Below are positions 23,674 to 32,887 of a DNA stretch of 64,000 nt, piece by piece (within the stretch, counting starts at the first letter, position 1; every line of letters begins with the position of its first letter). Position numbers and translations under genes: made by a program. The DNA lies in IMG/VR virus record IMGVR_UViG_3300038393_001444, positions 1 to 64,000 of that record, one strand, 5' to 3'. The DNA is from a virus. A model generated the notes under the pieces. That model was not told the origin of the DNA. It made no database searches and was given only the letters and a program-made list of their open reading frames with translations.

Positions 23674-25452
23674 ATGTCCGACACTACCGAATCCGCCGCT
23701 TTCAATCCCGCCGCGCCTGCCGATGAGCGCGCTGATGCGCTCGGGCAGCTGCAGAAGAGCCACATGCCGACCGCCGTGGATGCGGAAGTCACCGGCAACG
23801 TGCAGCGCATCCTGCAAGAGGCGGTATTCCAGTTCGATGAAGAGCCGCAGCTGCTGGCCAAGTCCTATGTGGCCCCGATCAAGATCCTGTCGGGCAGCCA
23901 GGGCGGCCGGCGCGGCATCCAGTCCGTTACGCTCGATGACTGGACCGTGAACATTCAGGGCGATTACTACGAAAAGCCGTCCGTGCTGTCGTTCGATGCG
24001 CTGCGCACGATGGTCGCGCATACGCCGATCCTCAATGCCGTGGTGATGACGCGCGCGCGCCAAGTGCAGCGCTTTTGCCGCGTCGCCGACAAGGGCGACA
24101 TGCCCGGCTTCGAGATCCGCCATATCGACCGCAATCACAAGCTGTCCAAGTCCGAGCAGGAATCGATCGCGCTCCTGAACCGCTTCATCCTCAACACCGG
24201 CTGGGAATTCAAGCCGCGCCTGCGCAAGACGCTGGGCCGCGATTCCTTCAGCCAGTTCATGGCCAAGTCGGTGCGCGATTCGCTCACCCTGGATTCCGCG
24301 CCGATCGAAGTCGAGTGGAAGCGCGACATGAGCCTGGGCATCGACGGCTTCTATGCGGTCGACGGCTCCACGATCCGGCTGTGCACGGAAGCCGGCTATC
24401 AGGGCAACGACAAGCTGCAGGCGCTGCAGCTGGTGCAGGGGCAGATCCGCACGGTCTATACCCATGAAAACCTGATCTACGAGCCGCGCAATCCGCGCAC
24501 CGATGTGTCGGTCGCCGGCTACGGGCTGTCGGAAGTCGAGTTGATGGTGCGCGTGGTCACGGGTTATCTGAATGCCATGACCTACAACATCGACGGCTTC
24601 GACAAGAACAGCATCCCGAAGGGCATGATGCACTTGTCGGGCAATTACGACGCCAAGGATATCAACAGCTTCCGGCGCTTCTGGAATTCGATGGTGCGCG
24701 GCGTCAGCAATGCCTGGACGCTGCCGGTGCTGGTGTCGAAGGATCAGGAATCGAAGGCGCAGTTCGAAAAGTTCGGCGTCGAATTCGATGAAATGCACTT
24801 TTCCAAGTGGATGACCTTCTTGACGAGCATCATCTGCGCGCTGTTCGGTATGAGCCCGGCCGAGATCAATTTCGACTCGTTTTCCGGCGGCAACACGTCA
24901 CCGCTGGCGGGCTCGGACACCGAAGAAAAGCTGGCCGCGTCCAAGGATTCTGGCCTGCGCCCGCTGCTGTCCTACTACGAAAACACGCTGTCGGATTTCA
25001 TCCTGGCCGAGTTCTCGGAAAACTATGTGTTTCGCTGGACCGGCCTCGATCCCGAAGATGCGCAAATGAAGCAGGATCTGCGCAAGACGGTGCTCACGAT
25101 CGATGAGATCCGCGCGGAGCAGGGCTACGAAAAGCATCCGATGAAGTCGCTGGGCGATGCGCCAGCGAACCCGCAGCTCATGCAGGTGTACATGCAGGAA
25201 ATCGCCCCGGAAGAGCCCGCGCCGATGGCCCCGGATGGCAAGACGCCGCTCGATGGCAGCGGCCATCCGATCAACGAGCAGGGCCACAAGATCGGGCCGG
25301 ACGGCCAGCCGCTGCCGCCGGATGGGGTGCAGAAGGTCGGCCCGGATGGGCTGCCGGTCGATCCGAACGCGGACGATTTCGGCGGCAGCGCGCCCGATTT
25401 CGGCAAGTCGTTCGGCCTGCCGCCCGTGTTCAATGTCGGAGAAATGGAATGA
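23674..25452 (+). CDS. portal protein
   Basis: YAVDGSTI, GYGLSEVE, IPKG, ICALFGMSPAEI, GLRPLL, TIDEIRAEQG; gene position; ATG 23674 with GGGAG. Confidence 0.9.
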   Translation: MSDTTESAAFNPAAPADERADALGQLQKSHMPTAVDAEVTGNVQRILQEAVFQFDEEPQLLAKSYVAPIKILSGSQGGRRGIQSVTLDDWTVNIQGDYYEKPSVLSFDALRTMVAHTPILNAVVMTRARQVQRFCRVADKGDMPGFEIRHIDRNHKLSKSEQESIALLNRFILNTGWEFKPRLRKTLGRDSFSQFMAKSVRDSLTLDSAPIEVEWKRDMSLGIDGFYAVDGSTIRLCTEAGYQGNDKLQALQLVQGQIRTVYTHENLIYEPRNPRTDVSVAGYGLSEVELMVRVVTGYLNAMTYNIDGFDKNSIPKGMMHLSGNYDAKDINSFRRFWNSMVRGVSNAWTLPVLVSKDQESKAQFEKFGVEFDEMHFSKWMTFLTSIICALFGMSPAEINFDSFSGGNTSPLAGSDTEEKLAASKDSGLRPLLSYYENTLSDFILAEFSENYVFRWTGLDPEDAQMKQDLRKTVLTIDEIRAEQGYEKHPMKSLGDAPANPQLMQVYMQEIAPEEPAPMAPDGKTPLDGSGHPINEQGHKIGPDGQPLPPDGVQKVGPDGLPVDPNADDFGGSAPDFGKSFGLPPVFNVGEME

Positions 25453-25784
25453 TCCCGCTGTTCATCAAGTCGATTCAGCCGCCCAAGGCCAAGCCCAAGG
25501 ATGCGCCGAAGCCGAAGGAAACCAGCCCGGCCGAGCTCGGGCACTTCGCCGATCTGCTGGGCCTGCTGTCGAACCATCGCTCCGGCGGCGAGTTCGGCCC
25601 GCATAACGTCGAAGCCGGGCACCACGTCGCCTTCCGCGCCGGCGCGTTCTCCGGCTCCGGCGAAGTCACCGCCACCGGCCGCGATGGGCTGGTCGTGCGC
25701 GACGGCACCGGCCGCGAGCATCGCGTCCACTGGCGCGAGTGCACCGGCCACTTCGCGCCGGAAAAGAAGGCGAAGAAGAAGTGA
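25449..25784 (+). CDS. small head-associated protein, SH3/KOW-like C-terminal part
   Basis: MIPLFIKS N-terminus; G.V..TG.DG..V.D..G.EH.V.W. Confidence 0.65.
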   Translation: MIPLFIKSIQPPKAKPKDAPKPKETSPAELGHFADLLGLLSNHRSGGEFGPHNVEAGHHVAFRAGAFSGSGEVTATGRDGLVVRDGTGREHRVHWRECTGHFAPEKKAKKK

Positions 25785-26962
25785 GTTCCCTGCTGCTGGA
25801 CGTCGGCGCGCTGCCGTGCGGTTGCGTCGACCATGCGCTCGAGCACTTTTCGAAAGCGCTATCGGGCGAGGATGGCGAAAGCCCGGATATTTGGGCCAAG
25901 CATGAATCGCCGTTCATCCAGTCGCTGATCGAACTGTTCACCAGCCGGGGCCTGCTGCGCCTGGAAAAGGTGAAGCAGGAGCTCGAAGCCTGGGCGGCCG
26001 GCAAGCGCCACAAGGCCGGCGGCGCGCCGGCGGCGCGGCCGAAGATCCCGGGCCTGCAGTGGACCGACGAAGAAGCGATGCTGGTGAAGGTCTATCTGGA
26101 AAACCTGCCGCCGGAGCAGTTCACCGCCTCGGATTGGGCCCTGGTCGTGGATTATCTGGCGCAGCGCTACTTCCCCAGCAACGTGATCCAGTCCGAAGCC
26201 GAGTGGCTGGCCATGCGCTCGTCCATGATGGGCAAGGTCGCCGCGCACTATGCGGCGGTGGCCGTCACGGTGGCGCAGGCCGATGCGATCCTGGCGGCGC
26301 TGCCGCTGACGGTGGCCGATACGGTCCAGACGTTCGGCTACAAGGGCGCGGCGGTGCAGATCCTCGAGTACGCGCGCGAGCGCTGCTGTGATCAGGTCGT
26401 GCAGCTGTCCGATCAAATGCGGCATCGCATGAAGAAGGTGATCCTCGACTACGAGCAGCAGAAGATCGAAGGCGCGAATCCGCCGGCGGCAGCGCTGGCC
26501 ACGCGCCTGTTCGATGAATTCTCGGCGCTCAACCGCGATTGGCGGCGCATCGCCGTGACCGAAGCCGGCGAGAACGCGAATCAGGGCCTGATCGCCTCGC
26601 TGCCGCTGGGCACCCGGGTGAAGCGCCTCGAGCAGTATCGCGGGGCCTGCCCGTTCTGCAAGAAGATCAACGGCCGGGTGCTGACCGTGGTCGATCCGGC
26701 CAAGCGCAACAAGGACGGCGAGCTCGAAGTCTGGCTGGGCAAGAACAACCTGGGCCGCTCCGGCAGTCCACGGAAGCGCGTCGGCGATGCCTTAGTCGAG
26801 CGCGAGCCGCATGAAAAATGGTGGATTCCGGCCGGTACCGTGCATCCGCACTGTCGCGGCCAGTGGCACGTGCTCACGCCGCCGCCGCCCGGCTCCGATC
26901 CCGGGTTCGCCGCGTGGCTGGACAAGCACGTGCACAAATACAAGGTGGGGCCGCAAGCGTGA
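25781..26962 (+). CDS. MuF/SPP1 gp7-like head morphogenesis protein
   Basis: RRIAVTE...CPFC...HPHCRG; follows portal. Confidence 0.8.
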   Translation: MSSLLLDVGALPCGCVDHALEHFSKALSGEDGESPDIWAKHESPFIQSLIELFTSRGLLRLEKVKQELEAWAAGKRHKAGGAPAARPKIPGLQWTDEEAMLVKVYLENLPPEQFTASDWALVVDYLAQRYFPSNVIQSEAEWLAMRSSMMGKVAAHYAAVAVTVAQADAILAALPLTVADTVQTFGYKGAAVQILEYARERCCDQVVQLSDQMRHRMKKVILDYEQQKIEGANPPAAALATRLFDEFSALNRDWRRIAVTEAGENANQGLIASLPLGTRVKRLEQYRGACPFCKKINGRVLTVVDPAKRNKDGELEVWLGKNNLGRSGSPRKRVGDALVEREPHEKWWIPAGTVHPHCRGQWHVLTPPPPGSDPGFAAWLDKHVHKYKVGPQA

Positions 26963-27456
26963 GCGAAAAACTAACACCGAACGCCGAGCAGCTGGCGCGC
27001 AAGCATCCGATCGCCTACGTGCAGAAGTGGCATGGCCTGGAGCTCGCCATCGAAAACCCGGTCGGCTCGGTGCGCTCGGGTAAGAAGCCGGACGGCACCG
27101 CATGGCATACGACGATGAAGCATGCCTATGGCGAGATCTCCGGCAGCACCGGCGTCGACGGCGATCCGGTCGACGTGTTCCTGGGCCCGGATCTCGAGAG
27201 CGCGGAATTCGTGTACGTGGTGCACCAGCGCCGCGTCGATGACTGGAAAAACTACGACGAGGACAAGGCCATGCTGGGCTTTCCCAGCGAAGCCGCCGCG
27301 CGCATCGCGTTCCTGCGCAATTACGACGATCCGCGCTTCCTGGGCCCGATCACGAAGCTGCCGGTCGCGGAATTCATCCGCAAGGTGCGCGCCACGAAAA
27401 CGCACCCGGCGATGATCAAGTCGCTGCTGCTGTTCTTGCGAGAGAAAGTCAACTAA
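26959..27456 (+). CDS. inorganic pyrophosphatase-like domain protein
   Basis: IENPVGSVR..YG...GVDGDPVDVFLG...DEDKAMLGF. Confidence 0.8.
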   Translation: MSEKLTPNAEQLARKHPIAYVQKWHGLELAIENPVGSVRSGKKPDGTAWHTTMKHAYGEISGSTGVDGDPVDVFLGPDLESAEFVYVVHQRRVDDWKNYDEDKAMLGFPSEAAARIAFLRNYDDPRFLGPITKLPVAEFIRKVRATKTHPAMIKSLLLFLREKVN

Positions 27457-27469
27457 GGAGGAAGGGAAG

Positions 27470-27760
27470 ATGAGCTATTCATTCAGCGCCATCGGCGCAG
27501 ACAAGGAAGCCGCCAAGGCGGCAGTGGTCGAGGAATTCGACAAGCAGGTGCTGGCCTGCCAGCCGATCCATGTGCGCGACCGCGCTGCCGTGATCGCGCA
27601 TGCGCATGCCATGATCGATCTGCTTCCGGACGATCCGAGCAAGGCGGTGCATATCGCCTGCAACGGTTACGTGAGCTCGCCGATCCATGGCGATCCTGCC
27701 GAAGTGCCGCTGTCCGTGGCATCGGCCACCGCCTCGGCATCGCTGATCGAAAGGTCGTGA
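27470..27760 (+). CDS. hypothetical protein
   Basis: Strong AAGGAGG SD. Confidence 0.7.
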   Translation: MSYSFSAIGADKEAAKAAVVEEFDKQVLACQPIHVRDRAAVIAHAHAMIDLLPDDPSKAVHIACNGYVSSPIHGDPAEVPLSVASATASASLIERS

Positions 27761-27769
27761 CGCCATAGT
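27755..27769 (+). promoter_or_regulatory. putative late promoter TCGTGACGCCATAGT
   Basis: Consensus match; no complete ORF before the next terminator. Confidence 0.7.
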
Positions 27770-27775
27770 GCAGCT

Positions 27776-27831
27776 GTCTCCTGGAAGAGATGGAAGATGG
27801 ATTCGGCCCGCGCTCGTCGCGGGCTTTTTTT
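27776..27831 (+). ncRNA. putative ~56-nt late small RNA
   Basis: Bounded by late motif and terminator; 5' UCUCCU, three UGGA motifs. Confidence 0.5.
27806..27831 (+). terminator. Rho-independent terminator
   Basis: GCCCGCG-ctcgt-CGCGGGC-T7. Confidence 0.9.
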
Positions 27832-27833
27832 GT

Positions 27834-27848
27834 TCGTGACGCCATGCT
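27834..27848 (+). promoter_or_regulatory. putative late promoter TCGTGACGCCATGCT (ATG 6 nt downstream)
   Basis: Consensus match; leaderless geometry. Confidence 0.8.
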
Positions 27849-27854
27849 CGCGGC

Positions 27855-30800
27855 ATGAAAAAGAAGCCGCTGATCCTGTTCATGAAGGCCGCCGATATCC
27901 CTGCTGGAAGCAAATGGATAACGGTGCATCCGAATGGCCCCGACACGAAGGGCCAGCCGGTGCTGGTGCAGCCGGTCGAGCCCGGTTCGCACGTGTTGCA
28001 CGTGATCGGCGGTGCGGGCGGCAAGCTGAATTACATGCGCATCACTTCCACGAAGAGCCCGGAAGATTACGCAAAGGAGTCCGGCGAGCGCGCGAAAGCC
28101 AAGCGCGAGGCCGCCAAGGCGCAGAAGGCTGCCGACAAGGCCGCCGGCGTCCACGAAGCCAAGCAGCAGGCCAAGGCCGAAGTCTCCACGCAACAGCGCG
28201 CCGCCGAGCGCGATTTCATCGATACGGTCGCCAAGGCGATGGGCTGGGACGATTCCGCCCTGGCCTTCGATGAGGCCGCGCATGCGGGCGTGTCCGATGC
28301 CGCGCGCGCCACGGCGCTGCGCCAGCACCACGCCGAGCTCCTGAAGCGCGCCAAGGAAGCGGTGGGCCTGCAGCGCCAGCGCCTGCTGATCGATGCCGAT
28401 GCCCGCAAACAGGCATTCACGGGCGAGACGCCGCTGCATACCGATGATGCGACCAAGCTGGGCGTGTCCGATATCGATCCGGTGCGCCCGAACACCGGCA
28501 AAGGCTTCGATCCGGATTACGCCGGCCGCGCCAAGGACAAGGGCCTCACACCCGAAGCGGCCGAAGCCGAAGCCGCCGAAGTGCAGGGCAAGCAGGCCGC
28601 CGGGGCGAAGGACAAGAGCGTGGCGCAGAAGGTCGCCGAAGAGCTCGCCAAGGTCAACGCCGACAAGCCGGATCTGCCGGCGAAGATCGTGGAAGTCCAG
28701 CAGGCGGTGGATCTGCTGGCTGCGCAGAAGAAGCTGGCGGCGATCCAGCAGGCCGCGCGCGCGGCGAACCAGCAGATCGATGCCAGCCCGGAGCCGCATG
28801 GCTACGTGCTGAAGGTGTCCGACGTCGATCCGGCGGCAGTCGAAAAGGAAGTGCTGGACAAGCTGAACACGGCGAAAACGTCGGCCTTCCTGAAGGCGGC
28901 CGCCGAGACCGGCAAGGAAACGCCGCTCGAGCACCACATTGCCGCCGGGTCGTTCAATTCACTCAACGCGCTGGCGCTGGCCGCCGGCGGCGCGCCGCTC
29001 ATGGACCGCTCGGTGGTCGACGTGCTCGGCGCGGAAGCCTCGGCGCAGATCCTGGCGCGCCGGCTGCGAAAGGATCTCGGGGATGATAAGGCGGATGAAA
29101 TTGCTGACGGCATGGGCGGCTTCCATCTGCAGCACTATCAGGGCCTGCAGGAATCTGTGCTTGCGGACGTGGCAAAGCTGCACGAAACAGCCGCGCAGCT
29201 GGAAATCGATGCTGCCCACGGTCCCGCTGATCTGCTGGTTAAGGCGGAAGCCAATCGCCGCCGCATGGCCGCGCTGGATGAGGCGAACCATCTGCTCGGC
29301 CACGCGCTGGGCGAAATGGAAGCGAACGCGGCGATGGTGTATGCCCTGGGCGAGCCGTCGCGCGATGCGGTGCAGGTATCGCTGGGCAAAACGCCGCTGG
29401 TGTCGGCGATCCAGCAGCTGCGCGCGATCGGCCTGGAAAAGGGCGATTATTCACTGCAACAGGAAGCCGGCAATGCGTTTTTGACCATCCATGCGTCGGG
29501 CATGGATCGGCTCGCGGGCCCGGTGGATGCCGCCGGCCTGGAGCAGGTGCAGCGCAATCTCGGCATCATGAAGGGCAGCGAGGACGAGGATGGCTGGCTG
29601 CCGGAAGGCTTCGACGGCCGCGCCGATCTGGCGCTCAATCTCGAGCCGGGCGTCGCGCCGTCGCTGGCGCAGCCGTTCGATGGCCAAGCCGAAGATCTGC
29701 ACGGCGCGCTGCGCGACTACATCGGCTCGCGCATGGCCGATGGCGATGCGCCGGCCGATATCGTGTCGGATCTGCAGTCGGCCGCGTTCTTCGCCAAAGT
29801 CGGCGCGGATCGGGCGGACGATTACCGCGCCGCCCTGGATGCGGTCGCGCCGAACAAGGGGTCGGATGGCAAGCAAATGGTGCGCGCCGAGCAGCTGGCC
29901 CCGCTGTTCGACAAGTATGCGGACGAGTTCGTGGCGTCGAAGTGGGGCGGCAAGCGCTCCACGCTGAACAAGCAGGGCTTCGAGGCCGATGATCACGCGC
30001 AGGAAGCGCTGCACCGCGCGCTGGCCGCCGAGCCCGCCGGTGTTGCCGCCTACAAGCCGATCGGCGAACTGCACGATGGCGACACGAAGGCGCTGCGCGA
30101 CTACTTCTACAAGCACATCGCCAAGGAATCGCCGGAGCTCGCGGCCATGCGCGCCGAGTATGACGATCACCTGAAGGCCGAGCCGGAAAAAACGGTCGAG
30201 GATCTGTTCGGCGAGATCGCCCCGAATCCGGACTGGCAAGCCTGGGATTCCGCGCGCACGGCGCTGGCCGGCAAGATCAAGCAGAGCGGCCTGAATTGGC
30301 AGGATTACACGAAAACGATGCGCGGGCATCAGAAGGCGTATGAAACGCTGCAGGATCTGATCCGCTCGAAAGTCTCGTCCGAATTCGCCCGGCATTACAA
30401 CACCCTGAAGCCCGATGCGCCGCTGAAGCTGGGCAAGACGGTCGTGCGCGGCAACCTGAATCACCTGGATGCGGTCGATCCCGCCGCCCGGGAAGCGCGC
30501 GTAAAGGCCGAGCGCCAGCTGATCGACACGCTGCGCGAACGGCATGCCGGCAAGTACACGTCCGGCTCGGTGGCCGGCAAGCTGGAAGCTGCGAAGGAAG
30601 CCAAGGCAGCCTTCGAGCAGTCGCAAATGGGCTTCTTCTCGAGCGAGGAAGCGCCGGCGGCGCTGTCCGGCGACGATGGCGATATAGGAAATCCTATATC
30701 GCTCGGCGCGGATGAGCGCCACACGATCGGCCAAGCCGCCGAACACAAGCTGGCCGCGATGATGGGCGTGGTCGGCAAGAATTTCGTGCCGGGGCAGCCG

Positions 30801-32387
30801 ACGAAGCTGTTTGCGGCCTCGATGAGCGGCAAGGATGGCATCAAGCGGCAGCGCGCCATCAAGATGCTGCTGGCGAACAAGCGCATGATCGGCGGCCTGG
30901 GCGTGGGCTCGGGCAAGACCGGCATCGGCCTGGGCGCGTTCGCGCACCTGAAATCCACCGGCAAGGCGAAAAAGGGCCTGTTCGTGGTCCCGTCGATCGT
31001 CCAAGGCCAGTTCGGCGGCGAAGCGCTGCGCTTTCTGAAGGCCGGGCAATTCAACTGGCACTGCCAGCCGGGCGCGTCGCACGAAGAGCGGCTGGCCAGC
31101 TACAAGGATGCCGGCACCGACTTCCACGTGGTCACGCATCAGGCGTTCCGCGATGACGTGCTGAAGCTGGCCGCCAAGCACGAGGGCAGCGATCCGGAAA
31201 AGATCGCCGCCGCGCTCGATGCGATGGATGCCGAAGGCCGGAAACACTACATCAAGGACATCCTCGACAAGGAAGGCATCGGCTTCGATTACGTGATGGC
31301 CGACGAGGGCCATGGCCTGCTGAACCGCGAAGGCAAGGAAAACAGCCGGCTGTCGAACGTGGTGCAGGGCGTCACCGATAGCGCCGAATACTACCTGCAT
31401 GCGTCGGGCGATCCGGTCAAGAACGATGCTTCCGAAGCCTTCGATCTGCTGGCGAAAATGGATGGCAAGCGCTACCACGACCGCGCCGCGTTCATGCGCC
31501 GCTATGGCGGCGATTCCCAGCTGGCCAAGGACGGGCTGCGCCGCGAGCTCGCGCGCTATGCCTATCTGGCGAAGATCACGCCGGACGTCAATGTCACGAA
31601 AACCGAGCGGCATATCGAACTGCACCCGGAGCAGCATGCCGCCCTGGATGCGATCGACCGCGCCGCCGCCAAGGTGCGCATCGCGCGCATGAACGGCGGC
31701 GTGGATCTGCCGGCGCTGCAGGAGCTCTCGCCGGAATCCTTCCACGGTGCGCCCGAAGAGCAGCATGCCGAGATCGCGCAGGCGCTGACGAAGGCGATCG
31801 GCGTGATCAAGAACGCGGCGATCAACCGGGTGATCAACGCGCACCCGAAGAGCGCGAAGCTGGACGATCTGGCGCAGACGGCCGGAGAACGCAAGGGCAA
31901 GCCCGGCGTGGTGTTCGCCCGCTCGCTCGCTGCCGTCGAACAGGCCAAGGCGCGCCTGGAAGCCGCCGGCCATCGCGTGGCGGTGATTACCGGCGCGGAT
32001 AGCGCGAAAGACAAGGGCGCGAAGATCCAGCAATTCAATCCGGACGATGGCGATCGGAAGGCCGATATCGTGATCTGCTCGGACGCCGGCGCGGTCGGCG
32101 CGAACCTGCAATCCGGCTCCTGGCTGTATCAAATGGACACGCCGGACACGGCGATGGTGCATGAGCAGCGCAACGGCCGCATCGCGCGCGTGGGCCAGAA
32201 AAACGACGTGGAATTGATCGATGCGATCGCCAACCATCCGCAGGAGCGGCGCGCGCGCGAGCGGCTGGCGAAGAAGGGAGAACTGCGCCGCGTGGTCACC
32301 GATCCGCTCGATGGCATCGATGACACGGGGCTGGCCGCCTTCCTGAGCGCACAAAACCACGCGCAACAGCAATCGATGCTGTTCTGA
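27855..32387 (+). CDS. large SNF2/SF2 helicase-like ATPase (DarB-like position, no methyltransferase motif seen)
   Basis: GVGSGKT, VVPS, MADEGH, ASGDP, GANLQ, QRNGRIARVGQ. Confidence 0.85.
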   Translation: MKKKPLILFMKAADIPAGSKWITVHPNGPDTKGQPVLVQPVEPGSHVLHVIGGAGGKLNYMRITSTKSPEDYAKESGERAKAKREAAKAQKAADKAAGVHEAKQQAKAEVSTQQRAAERDFIDTVAKAMGWDDSALAFDEAAHAGVSDAARATALRQHHAELLKRAKEAVGLQRQRLLIDADARKQAFTGETPLHTDDATKLGVSDIDPVRPNTGKGFDPDYAGRAKDKGLTPEAAEAEAAEVQGKQAAGAKDKSVAQKVAEELAKVNADKPDLPAKIVEVQQAVDLLAAQKKLAAIQQAARAANQQIDASPEPHGYVLKVSDVDPAAVEKEVLDKLNTAKTSAFLKAAAETGKETPLEHHIAAGSFNSLNALALAAGGAPLMDRSVVDVLGAEASAQILARRLRKDLGDDKADEIADGMGGFHLQHYQGLQESVLADVAKLHETAAQLEIDAAHGPADLLVKAEANRRRMAALDEANHLLGHALGEMEANAAMVYALGEPSRDAVQVSLGKTPLVSAIQQLRAIGLEKGDYSLQQEAGNAFLTIHASGMDRLAGPVDAAGLEQVQRNLGIMKGSEDEDGWLPEGFDGRADLALNLEPGVAPSLAQPFDGQAEDLHGALRDYIGSRMADGDAPADIVSDLQSAAFFAKVGADRADDYRAALDAVAPNKGSDGKQMVRAEQLAPLFDKYADEFVASKWGGKRSTLNKQGFEADDHAQEALHRALAAEPAGVAAYKPIGELHDGDTKALRDYFYKHIAKESPELAAMRAEYDDHLKAEPEKTVEDLFGEIAPNPDWQAWDSARTALAGKIKQSGLNWQDYTKTMRGHQKAYETLQDLIRSKVSSEFARHYNTLKPDAPLKLGKTVVRGNLNHLDAVDPAAREARVKAERQLIDTLRERHAGKYTSGSVAGKLEAAKEAKAAFEQSQMGFFSSEEAPAALSGDDGDIGNPISLGADERHTIGQAAEHKLAAMMGVVGKNFVPGQPTKLFAASMSGKDGIKRQRAIKMLLANKRMIGGLGVGSGKTGIGLGAFAHLKSTGKAKKGLFVVPSIVQGQFGGEALRFLKAGQFNWHCQPGASHEERLASYKDAGTDFHVVTHQAFRDDVLKLAAKHEGSDPEKIAAALDAMDAEGRKHYIKDILDKEGIGFDYVMADEGHGLLNREGKENSRLSNVVQGVTDSAEYYLHASGDPVKNDASEAFDLLAKMDGKRYHDRAAFMRRYGGDSQLAKDGLRRELARYAYLAKITPDVNVTKTERHIELHPEQHAALDAIDRAAAKVRIARMNGGVDLPALQELSPESFHGAPEEQHAEIAQALTKAIGVIKNAAINRVINAHPKSAKLDDLAQTAGERKGKPGVVFARSLAAVEQAKARLEAAGHRVAVITGADSAKDKGAKIQQFNPDDGDRKADIVICSDAGAVGANLQSGSWLYQMDTPDTAMVHEQRNGRIARVGQKNDVELIDAIANHPQERRARERLAKKGELRRVVTDPLDGIDDTGLAAFLSAQNHAQQQSMLF

Positions 32388-32392
32388 AAAAG

Positions 32393-32407
32393 TCGTGATT
32401 GCAGGAT
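32393..32407 (+). promoter_or_regulatory. putative late promoter TCGTGATTGCAGGAT (ATG 7 nt downstream)
   Basis: Consensus match. Confidence 0.75.
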
Positions 32408-32414
32408 TCATGCA

Positions 32415-32660
32415 ATGAAATCCTCGATCGATCACGTGCGCGCGCTGGCGGCGAAAAACGCCGCGCTCATGGCGCAAGCGAAATCCACGCATGCCGGGCT
32501 GCTCGATGCCGCCGATGCCGAAGATGCGCGCCTGGGCCAAGCCATTGCCGCGACCGATCGTGCCGCCGTGCTGGCCGATCCCGGGCTGGCTGCCGTCTAC
32601 CGCAAGCAGGTGCGCGACCGCGCCTCCATCCAGCGCCTCGCTGCCGAACGCCATGCATGA
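32415..32660 (+). CDS. small helical hypothetical protein
   Basis: Follows late motif. Confidence 0.65.
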   Translation: MKSSIDHVRALAAKNAALMAQAKSTHAGLLDAADAEDARLGQAIAATDRAAVLADPGLAAVYRKQVRDRASIQRLAAERHA

Positions 32661-32853
32661 GATCCAAACCCGCCAGCTGCATTTCGCGGCCTACCTGAAA
32701 GCGCACGGCGCGGAATTCGTCGGTTGCGTCGATCGCGTCTTTACCTTCCGCTCGCCCAAGCCGCTCGATGCGTGGCGCGTCGAACACGCCAATTCCGATG
32801 CGCGGCTGGTGGATCTGAACCTGATCGAACTGCGCCGTTTCCTCAAGGCATAG
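32653..32853 (+). CDS. small hypothetical protein (T.QLHFAAYLK..G...F.F, DUF5659-like pattern)
   Basis: ATG 32653 overlapping the upstream gene end. Confidence 0.6.
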   Translation: MHEIQTRQLHFAAYLKAHGAEFVGCVDRVFTFRSPKPLDAWRVEHANSDARLVDLNLIELRRFLKA

Positions 32854-32864
32854 GCGAAAAAGAG

Positions 32865-32879
32865 TCGTGACGGAAAGAT
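32865..32879 (+). promoter_or_regulatory. putative late promoter TCGTGACGGAAAGAT (ATG 8 nt downstream)
   Basis: Consensus match. Confidence 0.75.
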
Positions 32880-32887
32880 CCGGTCCC

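Noticed and set aside
29451-32654. 1067-aa minus-strand ORF, and similar long antisense ORFs over capsid, sheath, tape measure and baseplate genes
   Set aside because: Shadow ORFs opposite genes with clear motifs.
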